A DNA stretch of 64,000 bases, taken from NCBI GenBank assembly GCA_031409275.1, contig JANNXA010000055.1:352001-416000 (forward strand), read 5' to 3'. Of the stretch, positions 18,785-28,017 are shown one piece after another. Below the pieces are notes generated by a model. It did not search any database, was not told the origin of the DNA, and saw nothing but the letters and a program-made list of their open reading frames with translations. Numbering within the stretch: the stretch's first letter is position 1; the number at the start of each line of letters is the position of its first letter. A program made the position numbers and the translations under genes. Source of the stretch: Planctomycetota bacterium (GTDB lineage Bacteria; Planctomycetota; B15-G4; SIAN01).

Positions 18785-20899
18785 ATGTTCGCCACCGCAC
18801 TCCTCCTCGGCGCCCTCTGCTTCCCAGCCGCCCAGTCGCCGCCAACGGACGACTTCACCACGAAGTCCTCGAACGGCATCACCGTCCGCTTCGACAAGTC
18901 GATCGAGATCGCGACCGCCGACCTCGACGCACTGCTCTCCTCCTTGCGCCTCACGCGCGACGCCGTGAAGGCGGCGTTGGGCATCGCGCTGCCGTTCGAC
19001 CCCGTGGTGACGGTACGACGCCGCAAGCAGCCGAAGGGGGCGTTCTACACCGATGGCGAGGACAAGATCTTCTTCGACTTTCCATCGGAGAACTACGTCG
19101 CCCGCCTGCAGCTCGGCGACGAGCGCATCGTGCGCTACGCACTGCCGTGCTACCTCCAGATCTGGCTCTACCGCTCGCTGACGTCGACGGGCGGGCTCGA
19201 TCCGCGGATCCTCGAGTCGCTCAGCGACTATTGCATGTTCATCTACAAGCGCGAGGTCGAGCGGCTGAACCCGCAGGCGAAGGCGCCCGCGAGCCCGGAG
19301 GGACCGGGAACGTGCTGGTTCCAGCTCGAGACGTACTACCCCTCCGCTACCTCGTTCATCCTGAACAATCTGTCGAGCATGAAGGTGCCGGCGCACCTGC
19401 TCGGCCAGACGCTTCGCGATCTCGCCATCGCCTCCACCGATGACCCGAAGATCGCGCAGCTCTTCGACCTCGTTTCGTCTCCTGAGCCGCTCCTCAGCGC
19501 AACCGAGTCCGAGCCGAGCCCGCCACTGGTCCCCGCGTCCGCGCTCCGCACCGGTCGCCTGGCGCTCTTCAACGGCGTGCCGTTGCTGGACGTCGCCGCC
19601 GAGCCGATTCCGCTCGCCGAGCGGATCAACGAGTTCGAGAAGGTCTTTCTCATGGCGATCACGATCTCGCCGGACAATCGCCTGCGCCGCGAGCCGCCGG
19701 GTTTGCGCGATCTCGATATCTGGCGGCTCTACTTCGAGTACCGACCGCGGGTCCTCCGGGCGCGCGACAACTTCGACTACTACCTCGTGCTGCGCGAGTT
19801 CTTCGGCCGCTTCCAGGATCGAGCGCTCGCCATGACGCCTTCGCCGTCGCTGCCGGTGACGCCGGGAACGCCCTATTGGTGCTCGGTCAGCGGCGTGAAG
19901 TTCGCGCGATCGGCTGACCGCATCTACGTCTCGCGAGTCACCCCCGAATCAGCGCCGGCCAAGGCGGGAATCCGCGCCGGTTTCGAGGTCGTCAGCGTCG
20001 ACGGACGCGCTGCGCTGCGCGTCGTGGAGCTCCTGACGAGCTTCTCGCGCCAGTTCGACTCCTGCCCCTCGATACAGCGCGCGCAGATCTTCTCGCTCGA
20101 CATGCTCCTCTCGGGGGTCCGCGACTCGAACTGCGAGATCGTGCTGCGCGACCCGGCCGCGAAACCCGATACCGCGCCCCTCAAGGCCACCCTGAAGCGC
20201 GGCCTGCCGCCCGACGCCAAGACGCCACCGCCGAGCGTCGAGTTCACGCAGCGCCCCGACCAGGTCGGCGTGATGAAGATCCATCAGTTCAGCGGCGATG
20301 CGTTGCAGCGCTTCGCGCAAGCGATCGAGACGGCGAACCAGGCCGGTCTGAAGGGAATCGTCATCGACCTGCGTGGCAACGAGGGCATGTCGTTGATCGA
20401 TTCGAAGCAGCGCACGTCGAGTGCGATGCTCGGGCGTCTGCTGCCGGTTCAGAGCGAGAAGATGGTGATCGGCAACGCCATCCGGCGCACTCAGGAGGAG
20501 TTCGACAAGACGACCTCTCAGGAGATCGTGATCGAGCGCATGCCGGGCGGCAACCCGTTCGGCGGTCGCCTCGCGCTGTTGGTCGATGGCTGGACGGGCG
20601 GCGAGTCGGAGTGGTTCGCGCTCGGCTTCCAGCTCGCGAAGCTCGGGCTCGTCGTCGGCCAACCGACCGCCGGCAGCGTCACGGCACCGAAGACGTTCGA
20701 CCCCAAGCAGCAGTCGCTGACGGCGAGCCGAATTGACGTCAGCTTGCCGATCGCGGCGGTCTTCTGGCCGGATGGAACACTGCTGCAGACCGTCGGCGTC
20801 AAGCCGCAGGTCGAACTCGAGGTCGACCCAGCGGATCTGGTGACGGGCGTCGACACGGTGGTCGAACGGGCGGTGAAGCTGCTACTGCAGTCGCCCTGA
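18785..20899 (+). CDS. Secreted S41 (tail-specific protease)-family protein with PDZ domain, probably catalytically degenerate
   Basis: Signal peptide; PDZ (SAPAKAGIRAG...VDG); IDLRGNEG, LLVDGWTGGESE, GQPTAG, GVKP. Confidence 0.78.
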   Translation: MFATALLLGALCFPAAQSPPTDDFTTKSSNGITVRFDKSIEIATADLDALLSSLRLTRDAVKAALGIALPFDPVVTVRRRKQPKGAFYTDGEDKIFFDFPSENYVARLQLGDERIVRYALPCYLQIWLYRSLTSTGGLDPRILESLSDYCMFIYKREVERLNPQAKAPASPEGPGTCWFQLETYYPSATSFILNNLSSMKVPAHLLGQTLRDLAIASTDDPKIAQLFDLVSSPEPLLSATESEPSPPLVPASALRTGRLALFNGVPLLDVAAEPIPLAERINEFEKVFLMAITISPDNRLRREPPGLRDLDIWRLYFEYRPRVLRARDNFDYYLVLREFFGRFQDRALAMTPSPSLPVTPGTPYWCSVSGVKFARSADRIYVSRVTPESAPAKAGIRAGFEVVSVDGRAALRVVELLTSFSRQFDSCPSIQRAQIFSLDMLLSGVRDSNCEIVLRDPAAKPDTAPLKATLKRGLPPDAKTPPPSVEFTQRPDQVGVMKIHQFSGDALQRFAQAIETANQAGLKGIVIDLRGNEGMSLIDSKQRTSSAMLGRLLPVQSEKMVIGNAIRRTQEEFDKTTSQEIVIERMPGGNPFGGRLALLVDGWTGGESEWFALGFQLAKLGLVVGQPTAGSVTAPKTFDPKQQSLTASRIDVSLPIAAVFWPDGTLLQTVGVKPQVELEVDPADLVTGVDTVVERAVKLLLQSP

Positions 20900-20968
20900 C
20901 CCGCCTGATCCATGAGCCCGCGCGCCGCGGCGGCCCGCGCGCCGCAGTTCGCACTTCGCTGAACCCCA

Positions 20969-21018
20969 AAACGCCACACGCCGCCCGCGGGACTCCCTGC
21001 GGGCGGCGTGTGGCGTTT
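20969..21018. terminator. Bidirectional intrinsic terminator-like hairpin between convergent genes
   Basis: Perfect 20-bp inverted repeat AAACGCCACACGCCGCCCGC / GCGGGCGGCGTGTGGCGTTT. Confidence 0.8.
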
Positions 21019-21022
21019 CGCT

Positions 21023-21054
21023 CGAACGTCGATCAGAACGAACGTCGATCAGAA
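21023..21054. repeat. 16-bp perfect tandem duplication
   Basis: CGAACGTCGATCAGAA twice, overlapping the stop codon of the minus-strand gene. Confidence 0.85.
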
Positions 21055-22827
21055 GTGGATCCGACCGGTGAATCGCACGTCCTTGACGTCGGCGCGCGGG
21101 AAGACCACTTGACCGTTGTCGACGACCAGCACCACGTGCTCACGCGTCTGCTTCATGAGCCGCCCGCGCATGCGCTGTCCGTTGTGGAGCACGACCGACG
21201 CCTCGGGCATGTCACCCACGCGTCGGTACTCCGGCGCTGACGAGTCCAGCAACGAGATCTCGTCGAGGTCGAAGACGCACTCGCCGGACCCCAGCCGCAG
21301 CGTCAGCGTCGTACCACGCACGCGCTGGATGCGGCCGCGGAAGGCGTGGCCATTCTCGAGCTGGATGATGGTGTCAGCACCTTCGAGCTGCGAGCGAGGA
21401 GTGGGCGAGCCGAGCGCCAGCGGCCGCTTGCGCGGCGGCTCCAGGATCATGGCACGCGGGTCGGCCGCGACCGGATCGGGCCGTTCGACGGCGACCGGTG
21501 CGCGTTTCGGTTCAGGAGCCGGTTCCGGTGGCAGCTCGGCGACGGGCGGTGCGGGAATCGGCTCGGCGACGGGCGGCGCTGGAATCGGCTCAGCGACGGC
21601 CACCACCGGCTCGTCCGACGGCTCGTCGACCGCGGGTGGCGGAGTGTCGCTCACTGCCGGTTCCGCGGGAACGCTGGCGTCGACCACTGGCTGCGATTCG
21701 ACCGTGACCACCGGCGGCGGTTCGGACGTCTCGATCGGTTCCTCGGATGGTTGCGCGACGGGCGTCGCTCCCCGCAGCGGGTTCGACGGCAGCGTCGCGA
21801 CGACGGGTCCATCCGCGCTCGAACCCAGCATTCCGCGCCGATCGAGCTCGAACACGAGCGCGGCGGTGAGCGCGGCAGCGAGCAACATGCCGGCCGCAGC
21901 GACCCAGCGCCGTCGCTTGCTCGACAGCGCCACGATCGGCGCAAGCGGAGCGAGCGGCGGCGCGGCATCGGCGGCGGAAGCACCCGCCGTCACGACCAAG
22001 GCGGTTTCGATCTCTTCCGCGTCGCCAACGAACGCCGGCAGATCGCCGTCGTCGCGATCGAGCCAACCGGGGCCATTCGGCTGCGCGGCCACGGGCTCGT
22101 CGGACGCAGCGAACGCCATCGCGCGCTCTTCGCTCGCAGCGGCGGCGATCGGATCCGCCATCCGTTCTGCGGTCGGCGCGATCGGAGCCTGCCGCTCCTT
22201 GCGGCGACCATCTTCGAAGCGCTGCCCAAGCGCCATCTGAGCGACCGCCGTGAGTTCCTCCATCGAGGCCTCTTCGCGGGTCGTCTCGTGGGCGTCGGAT
22301 GCATCCGCACCCAGGTTCGCCAGGGCGTCTTCGAGCCCGGAGCTCGATTCGGGCGCGACGCGATCGGCAGCGGATTCGCCCGCCGAGGCGGCGACCTCCG
22401 AAGAGGACGCGTCCTCGTCCATCGAATCGATCGGGGCGAGTTCGGCGGCCGCCGGCATCAGCGCGGCAAGCTCGTTCGCTTCGTCTTCGCCTTCCGCGCG
22501 CTCGTCGATCGCTAGCGTTTCGCTCGCTGGCGCTTCGCTCGCTGGCGCTTCGCTCGCTGACGTCTCGCTCGCCGCGGCAGGCGCATCGGGAAGCGCCGAC
22601 AAAACCTCGGCCGTCGCCTCGTCGTCGACGAGCAGGAACTCCTCGCCGGCGGTGTCGCCAGGCGCCGCAAGCAGTTCATCGTCGAGGTCGAGCAGGAAGC
22701 TGTCGTCCGGCAAGAAGCCGCCATTGCCGTTCGCGGCTGGGGCACGCCCCTCTTGCGCCGGATTCGGTTTCAGCGGAACGCCTTCCCCGTCAGCCGGATC
22801 GACGTTGTCGTCGCGTTGCTGCGCCAT
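21049..22827 (-). CDS. Hypothetical bitopic membrane protein: acidic disordered N-terminus, Pro-rich linker, two C-terminal Sm-like beta repeats
   Basis: GGGAGTGAGG upstream of ATG 22827; single TM after KRRR; repeats IQLENG..FRGRI and VVLHNG..MRGRL. Confidence 0.7.
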   Translation of the reverse strand: MAQQRDDNVDPADGEGVPLKPNPAQEGRAPAANGNGGFLPDDSFLLDLDDELLAAPGDTAGEEFLLVDDEATAEVLSALPDAPAAASETSASEAPASEAPASETLAIDERAEGEDEANELAALMPAAAELAPIDSMDEDASSSEVAASAGESAADRVAPESSSGLEDALANLGADASDAHETTREEASMEELTAVAQMALGQRFEDGRRKERQAPIAPTAERMADPIAAAASEERAMAFAASDEPVAAQPNGPGWLDRDDGDLPAFVGDAEEIETALVVTAGASAADAAPPLAPLAPIVALSSKRRRWVAAAGMLLAAALTAALVFELDRRGMLGSSADGPVVATLPSNPLRGATPVAQPSEEPIETSEPPPVVTVESQPVVDASVPAEPAVSDTPPPAVDEPSDEPVVAVAEPIPAPPVAEPIPAPPVAELPPEPAPEPKRAPVAVERPDPVAADPRAMILEPPRKRPLALGSPTPRSQLEGADTIIQLENGHAFRGRIQRVRGTTLTLRLGSGECVFDLDEISLLDSSAPEYRRVGDMPEASVVLHNGQRMRGRLMKQTREHVVLVVDNGQVVFPRADVKDVRFTGRIHF

Positions 22828-23078
22828 GAACCGAGCCTCACTCCCGCCTTCGCGACCAGGGCCACGCATCGCGGCCTCTCGTTCCCTCTTCGTCGGGAGG
22901 AGCCCGGCAGGTTGATCGCGCCCGAAACTCGCCGCGGCAGCGAATGGGAAAAAGCGTCTCGAACGACGAAACAAGGGACAGCCCATTGAGCGGGCGCCTC
23001 GCCTCCCGTATCAAGCGGCGCTGAGCCGCCGACCGAAGTTCGCATTCGCCGCGGCGCCCCGAATGGCGACTCCTCCCG

Positions 23079-23660
23079 ATGCATGAATCACCCCTTGCCC
23101 TGCGCTGCGGCCGCGTCCTCTTCGCGCTGCTCTCCCTTTGGATGTGCAACTGCGCGAACGTCCCGCCGTGGCTGGAGCGCAGCTACGTGCGCGTGGGCGC
23201 GGTCGCGCTCGAGGAGCAGCTCACCGCCGACGGGGCAAGCGACAGCGGACCGTTCGTCGGAGTCGGCGCGACGCTCGGCACGTTGATGGCCATCGAACGT
23301 ACCCGTTCGGTGGCGCTCGAGGCCGAGGTCGAGGCCTTTGACCTCCATTCCGGCGCGCTCGACGGCTACGGCTTCCGCTACCTCGGTGGTCCGCGCTGGC
23401 ACTGGAACGTCGACGGGCGCCTGCGTCCGACGGTCGGCGTCGGCGGCGCCTGGACCGACTTCCGGCTGGACGGCCACCAGCGCGGACGCGACCCCTCCGG
23501 TCCCGGCGGCTACCTCGACTGCGGCCTCGATTGGATGATCACGCCCTACTTCGGCATCGGCGCGAAGCTGCGTGGACTGATGCGTTACGAACAGGCTCAG
23601 CGCGAGCACGGACCGCGCGCCGGTCTCGAGTTCGCGCTGCAATCGGTCTGGCGCTTCTGA
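23079..23660 (+). CDS. Small outer-membrane beta-barrel protein
   Basis: Signal-like N-terminus, alternating amphipathic strands (RPTVGVGGAW, CGLDWMIT..FGIG), terminal WRF. Confidence 0.7.
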   Translation: MHESPLALRCGRVLFALLSLWMCNCANVPPWLERSYVRVGAVALEEQLTADGASDSGPFVGVGATLGTLMAIERTRSVALEAEVEAFDLHSGALDGYGFRYLGGPRWHWNVDGRLRPTVGVGGAWTDFRLDGHQRGRDPSGPGGYLDCGLDWMITPYFGIGAKLRGLMRYEQAQREHGPRAGLEFALQSVWRF

Positions 23661-23670
23661 GGACTCCCCC

Positions 23671-24555
23671 ATGACGCGCCTCCTGAATTCGCGACGAAGC
23701 CTGCTCCCGCTTGCGGCCACGCTGCTGCTTTGCGGCTGCGTGCAGTCGCCGCTGCCGCTGCCGATGGCACCCGTGCGCGCACGCGAACGCGTCGAGCCGG
23801 CAAGCAGCGAAGTGCTCGCAGTGCTCGATTTCGACGACCAGCGCCCCGAGTTCGAACGCAGCGAAGAAGCGATCGACGAGCGCTTCGTCGGCAGCCGGTA
23901 CTTCGCGCTCGATCGCTTCTGGACCTTCCACTCCGCTGATGCCGAGCTCGATCAGGATCCCGCGCAGGCGCCCGACCTGCGCGCGCGGGTGACTGGCACG
24001 GCCGCCTTCCGCTGGTACCCCTTCCCGAACCACGGCTGGGGCAAGCCGCTGCCGGCGCCGCTTGCGACGGCGCTCGCCGATTACGTAGCGCTGCACCTCG
24101 AACAGCGCCGCGTGTTCGCCAGAGTCGTGCGAGTCCAGGATGCGCGCGTCGCGGCAGCGGTCGGCGCGACGTTGCTGCTGTCGGGCCGAATCGATCGCTT
24201 CGGCGCTGAACTCGCCGAGTTGCGCGACCCGTTCGTGGTCCGACCTGACGATTGGACCGAGTTCCGACTCCTCGCGGCCGCCGATTACACCATTGCACTG
24301 ACGCCGATCGCCGGCGGCGAGCCGCTCCTGTCGCGACGCTGCAAGGCGCGCGACGACCAGAGTCGACTGCTCGACGATCTCGAGCACTACCGTGGAAATC
24401 AGGCGCAACCGCTCTGGCAGCTCGATGCCGAGCACTTCCCCGGATTCGCGGAAGCGGACCTCGTCGATCGCGCCCGGCGCGCGCTCGAAGGTGCCACCGT
24501 GCCGCTGGTCGCCGCGATCGAAGCGGCCGTTGCCCCCCCGGCCGCTTCGGAATAG
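23671..24555 (+). CDS. Hypothetical lipoprotein
   Basis: Lipobox LCGC; GAGGA RBS; LAVLDFDDQRP and LLLSGRIDRF resemble CsgG/YajG-type folds. Confidence 0.7.
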   Translation: MTRLLNSRRSLLPLAATLLLCGCVQSPLPLPMAPVRARERVEPASSEVLAVLDFDDQRPEFERSEEAIDERFVGSRYFALDRFWTFHSADAELDQDPAQAPDLRARVTGTAAFRWYPFPNHGWGKPLPAPLATALADYVALHLEQRRVFARVVRVQDARVAAAVGATLLLSGRIDRFGAELAELRDPFVVRPDDWTEFRLLAAADYTIALTPIAGGEPLLSRRCKARDDQSRLLDDLEHYRGNQAQPLWQLDAEHFPGFAEADLVDRARRALEGATVPLVAAIEAAVAPPAASE

Positions 24556-24647
24556 CGAGCCCGTTCCGGGGGAAAGCCCTGTGCCCGCGTGCTCAAGCGC
24601 GCCCCTTGCCGACGTCGAAGGTCCCGACGCCGCCGCAGGGGAGAGCA

Positions 24648-26774
24648 TTGGACGACGATCACCCACGCGCACCGGAGACGGTTCGCCCGCGATTGCTGAC
24701 ACTGACCGCCGCCGACGGCGCGGACAGTGCCGGCGGCGATTGGCGTGGCGTCATCCAAGCCGCCGGCTATTCGCTGCTGACCGCCGCCACCGTCGAGCAG
24801 GCGCGCACGGCGCTGGCCTCCGACCCCAACGCTGCGCTGCTCGCTGATCTGGGAACGCCAGGCGCGATCGAACTGCTCGGCGAACTCGCGTCAGCAACCT
24901 CGCACCCGCTGCTCGCACTCGCGTCGAGCGGTGACCGGGGCCTCGACGCGCTCCCGGACAACATCGAGGTGGTCGCTCGAGAGACTCTCGTCGCGACGCT
25001 CGCCCGACAGTTGCGCCGTGCCGTCTCGATCGCCGCCACGTCGAACGCTCTGGCTTCGACGACGGCGCAGCTCGAACGCGCCCATCGCTTCGCTCGCATC
25101 GGCAGCTTCGATGTCGACTGGGGCCAGCGACAGGTCGCCCTCACCGCGCCCGCCGCGCAGCTGTTCGGCTTGCCGACCGCCGAGCGCACGCTCGCGCTGC
25201 GCGACTTCGCTGATCGAGTCGGTGGCGCCCGCAGCGATGCTTGCCTCGCCTGGTGGCTCGCGGTCGCGGACGGCGCCGCGCGTGGCGCCTTCGAGCAGCG
25301 CCTGACTCGTCACGTGAACGGCGAACGGATCGTCCGCATCCACGCCGAGCGGCGCGGCGATCCTCGCAACGGCGGCGTCACGCTGCATGCGTTGGTGCAC
25401 GACGTCACCGACCGGCGCCGCGTCGAGGAAGAGCTCGAGTACCAGGCGCGCCACGACGAGCTCACCGGGCTCGCCAATCGCCGACAGCTGCTCGCGAGCC
25501 TCGAGCAGGCGCTCGCCGAGGCCTCGCTCCACGACTGGCGAGTGGCAGTGCTCTTCCTCGATGTCGATCGCTTCAAGGACATCAACGACAGCCTCGGACA
25601 CAACGTCGGCGACCAGTTGCTGGTGGAGATCGCGAAGCGGCTTCGGCAGGCGATCCGCAGCGACCGGCGCGACTCGGAGTTCGGAACGCTCGGCGACCTC
25701 GTCGCGCGTCCGAGCGGGGACGAGTTCGCGCTGATCGTCACCGGCCTGCGCCGAGACGCCGACGCGAAAGCGGTCGCTGCGCGCATGCAGGCCGCGTTCA
25801 CGCCGCCGCTGCAGCTCGCCGGCCGCGAGGTCTTCCTCACCGCGTGCGTCGGCTACGTCGTCACGGATGGCAACGGCATCGAGCCGCGCGAACTGCTGAA
25901 ACAGGCCGAGTCCGCGATGTACTCGGCGAAGACGAACGGCCGCGCCAGCGCCGCCTGCTTCGATCCTTCGATGACCCGGCTCGCCGACCAACGACTCGAA
26001 ACCGAGGCGGCCATGCGGCGCGCCCTCGAGCGACGCGAGTTCGAGGTCTGGTACCAGCCACGCATCGAGCTCCGCTCGGGGCGCATCGTCGGGATGGAGG
26101 CGCTGGTCCGCTGGCGCCATCCGCAAAAGGGGATCGTGCCGCCGGTGCAGTTCATCCCGCTCGCCGAGGAGAGCGGATTGATCGTGCCGCTCGGCGCCTT
26201 CGTCCTGCGCGAGGCGTGCGAACAGGCGCAGCGCTGGCGCGAGTCGGGGCTCGGCGAATTGCGAATGGCCGTCAACGTCTCCGCCGAACAGTTCCGCGAG
26301 CGCAACCTCGTCGAACTCGTGGCGAACGAGCTCGCGCATAGTGGCTTGCCCGCCGACGCGCTCGAACTCGAGCTCACCGAAAGCACCCTCATGCGCGACG
26401 TCGACCGCGCGCTCGGGACGCTGAAGCGGTTGAAGCAGTCGGGCGTCCATCTCGCCATCGACGACTTCGGCACCGGCTACAGCTCGCTCGCCTACCTGAA
26501 GCGCTTCCCGATCGACTGCCTCAAGATCGACCAGTCGTTCGTGCGCGACGTCACCACCGACTCAGGCGACGCCGCCATCACGTCGCTGATCGTGATGATG
26601 GCGCATCGGCTCCGGCTGGCCGTCGTCGCCGAGGGGGTCGAGACCGAGCAACAGGCCGAGTTCCTGCGCGCCGAACAGTGCGACCAGGTCCAGGGCTACC
26701 TGTACGACAAGCCGCTCACCGCGACCGACGCGACCACGCGACTCGAACGCCAGCTGATCCTGCCGATGCCGTGA
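24648..26774 (+). CDS. Degenerate REC-PAS-GGDEF-EAL diguanylate cyclase/phosphodiesterase
   Basis: HDELTGLANR, DVDRFKDINDSLGH, SGDEF, EALVRW, DDFGTGYSS, KIDQSF, AEGVE, QGYL. TTG start after GGGGAG. Confidence 0.92.
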   Translation: MDDDHPRAPETVRPRLLTLTAADGADSAGGDWRGVIQAAGYSLLTAATVEQARTALASDPNAALLADLGTPGAIELLGELASATSHPLLALASSGDRGLDALPDNIEVVARETLVATLARQLRRAVSIAATSNALASTTAQLERAHRFARIGSFDVDWGQRQVALTAPAAQLFGLPTAERTLALRDFADRVGGARSDACLAWWLAVADGAARGAFEQRLTRHVNGERIVRIHAERRGDPRNGGVTLHALVHDVTDRRRVEEELEYQARHDELTGLANRRQLLASLEQALAEASLHDWRVAVLFLDVDRFKDINDSLGHNVGDQLLVEIAKRLRQAIRSDRRDSEFGTLGDLVARPSGDEFALIVTGLRRDADAKAVAARMQAAFTPPLQLAGREVFLTACVGYVVTDGNGIEPRELLKQAESAMYSAKTNGRASAACFDPSMTRLADQRLETEAAMRRALERREFEVWYQPRIELRSGRIVGMEALVRWRHPQKGIVPPVQFIPLAEESGLIVPLGAFVLREACEQAQRWRESGLGELRMAVNVSAEQFRERNLVELVANELAHSGLPADALELELTESTLMRDVDRALGTLKRLKQSGVHLAIDDFGTGYSSLAYLKRFPIDCLKIDQSFVRDVTTDSGDAAITSLIVMMAHRLRLAVVAEGVETEQQAEFLRAEQCDQVQGYLYDKPLTATDATTRLERQLILPMP

Positions 26775-26856
26775 ACGCGGCCCGGGCGGCGCCGAAGCGA
26801 GTTTCCTTCTTCCGGCGCGGTGACTAGCTTCATGTCGCCCCGCACGGAGGATCGAC

Positions 26857-28017
26857 ATGAACGCGCAGTGGCCCCGGGACGAGCATGACGCACGCGGCAC
26901 GAGTTGGCGCGCAGCGGTGCTGGTCGCGTTGGCAGGGCTTGCCATCTGGAAGTTCACCGGCCGCGACGGTGACGGACTGCTCGACCCGTCCGCGCGACCG
27001 CGCAGCATCTCGCCGCGCGGTGACCTCGACTCCTCCGAACGCGCCACCATCGCCCTCTTCGAGCGCGCGTCACCTTCGGTGGTGTTCATCCGCAACGTCG
27101 CCGTCGAGATCGACTCGAACACCTTGATCGCGACCGAGGCGCGCGAAGGAACCGGCTCCGGCTTCGTGTGGGACGAAGAGGGGCACGTCCTCACCAACTA
27201 CCACGTGATCCACGCCGCGACCGAACTCGTGGTCACCTTCGCCAACCACGACTCCTACCCGGCACGTGTCGTCGGCCATGAGGTCGAGAAGGACCTCGCC
27301 GTGCTGCTCGTCGACGCGCCCCGCGAGCTGTTCAAGCCGCTCGCCGTGGGCACCTCGGCCGATCTGCGGGTCGGCCAGAACGTCTACGCCATCGGCAACC
27401 CGTTCGGCCTCGACCAGACGCTCACGGCTGGAATCGTCAGCGGGCTCGGCCGCGAGATGCCCGCCAAGTACGAGGAGTACGGTCGTGGTCAACGCCTGCT
27501 GACCGACCTCATCCAGACCCAGGCTCCGATCAACCCGGGCAATTCGGGCGGACCGCTGCTCGACAGTTCCGGGCGCCTGATCGGCATGAACACGGCGATC
27601 GTGTCTCCGTCGGGCGCATCCGCCGGCATCGGTTTCGCCATGCCGGTCGACACGATCAATCGCGTCGCCACCGAGATCCTCCGCTTCGGGCAGGCGCGCC
27701 GCCCGAGTCTCGGCGTGCTGATCGCCAAGGACTTCCTGACCGCGGTCTATGGCGTGAAGGGAGTCGTCGTCACCGGCGTCGTCAAGGGCAGCGGCGCGGA
27801 AGAAGCGGGCCTGCGCGGCGAACTGCTCCCTCGCAATGGCCGCCCCACCGCGCGCCAGGACATCATCGTCGGCGTCGACGGAACGGCGATCGCCACCAGC
27901 AACGACCTCTTTCGTGCGCTCACCCACCACGAGGTCGGAGAGAAGGTGAAGCTCGACGTCGTGCGCGACGGCAAGACGATCAAGTTCGAAGTCGAGCTGC
28001 GGGACTTGCGCCAGTGA
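26857..28017 (+). CDS. HtrA/DegP-family serine protease with one PDZ domain
   Basis: GTGSGF, TNYHVI, DLAVL, AIGNPFG, INPGNSGGPL; N-terminal TM anchor. Confidence 0.93.
   Translation: MNAQWPRDEHDARGTSWRAAVLVALAGLAIWKFTGRDGDGLLDPSARPRSISPRGDLDSSERATIALFERASPSVVFIRNVAVEIDSNTLIATEAREGTGSGFVWDEEGHVLTNYHVIHAATELVVTFANHDSYPARVVGHEVEKDLAVLLVDAPRELFKPLAVGTSADLRVGQNVYAIGNPFGLDQTLTAGIVSGLGREMPAKYEEYGRGQRLLTDLIQTQAPINPGNSGGPLLDSSGRLIGMNTAIVSPSGASAGIGFAMPVDTINRVATEILRFGQARRPSLGVLIAKDFLTAVYGVKGVVVTGVVKGSGAEEAGLRGELLPRNGRPTARQDIIVGVDGTAIATSNDLFRALTHHEVGEKVKLDVVRDGKTIKFEVELRDLRQ

Noticed and set aside
22828..23078. Possible riboswitch/ncRNA in the divergent intergenic region
   Set aside because: Only short GC hairpins (e.g. 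CGGCG..CGCCG) expected by chance; no recognisable family motif.
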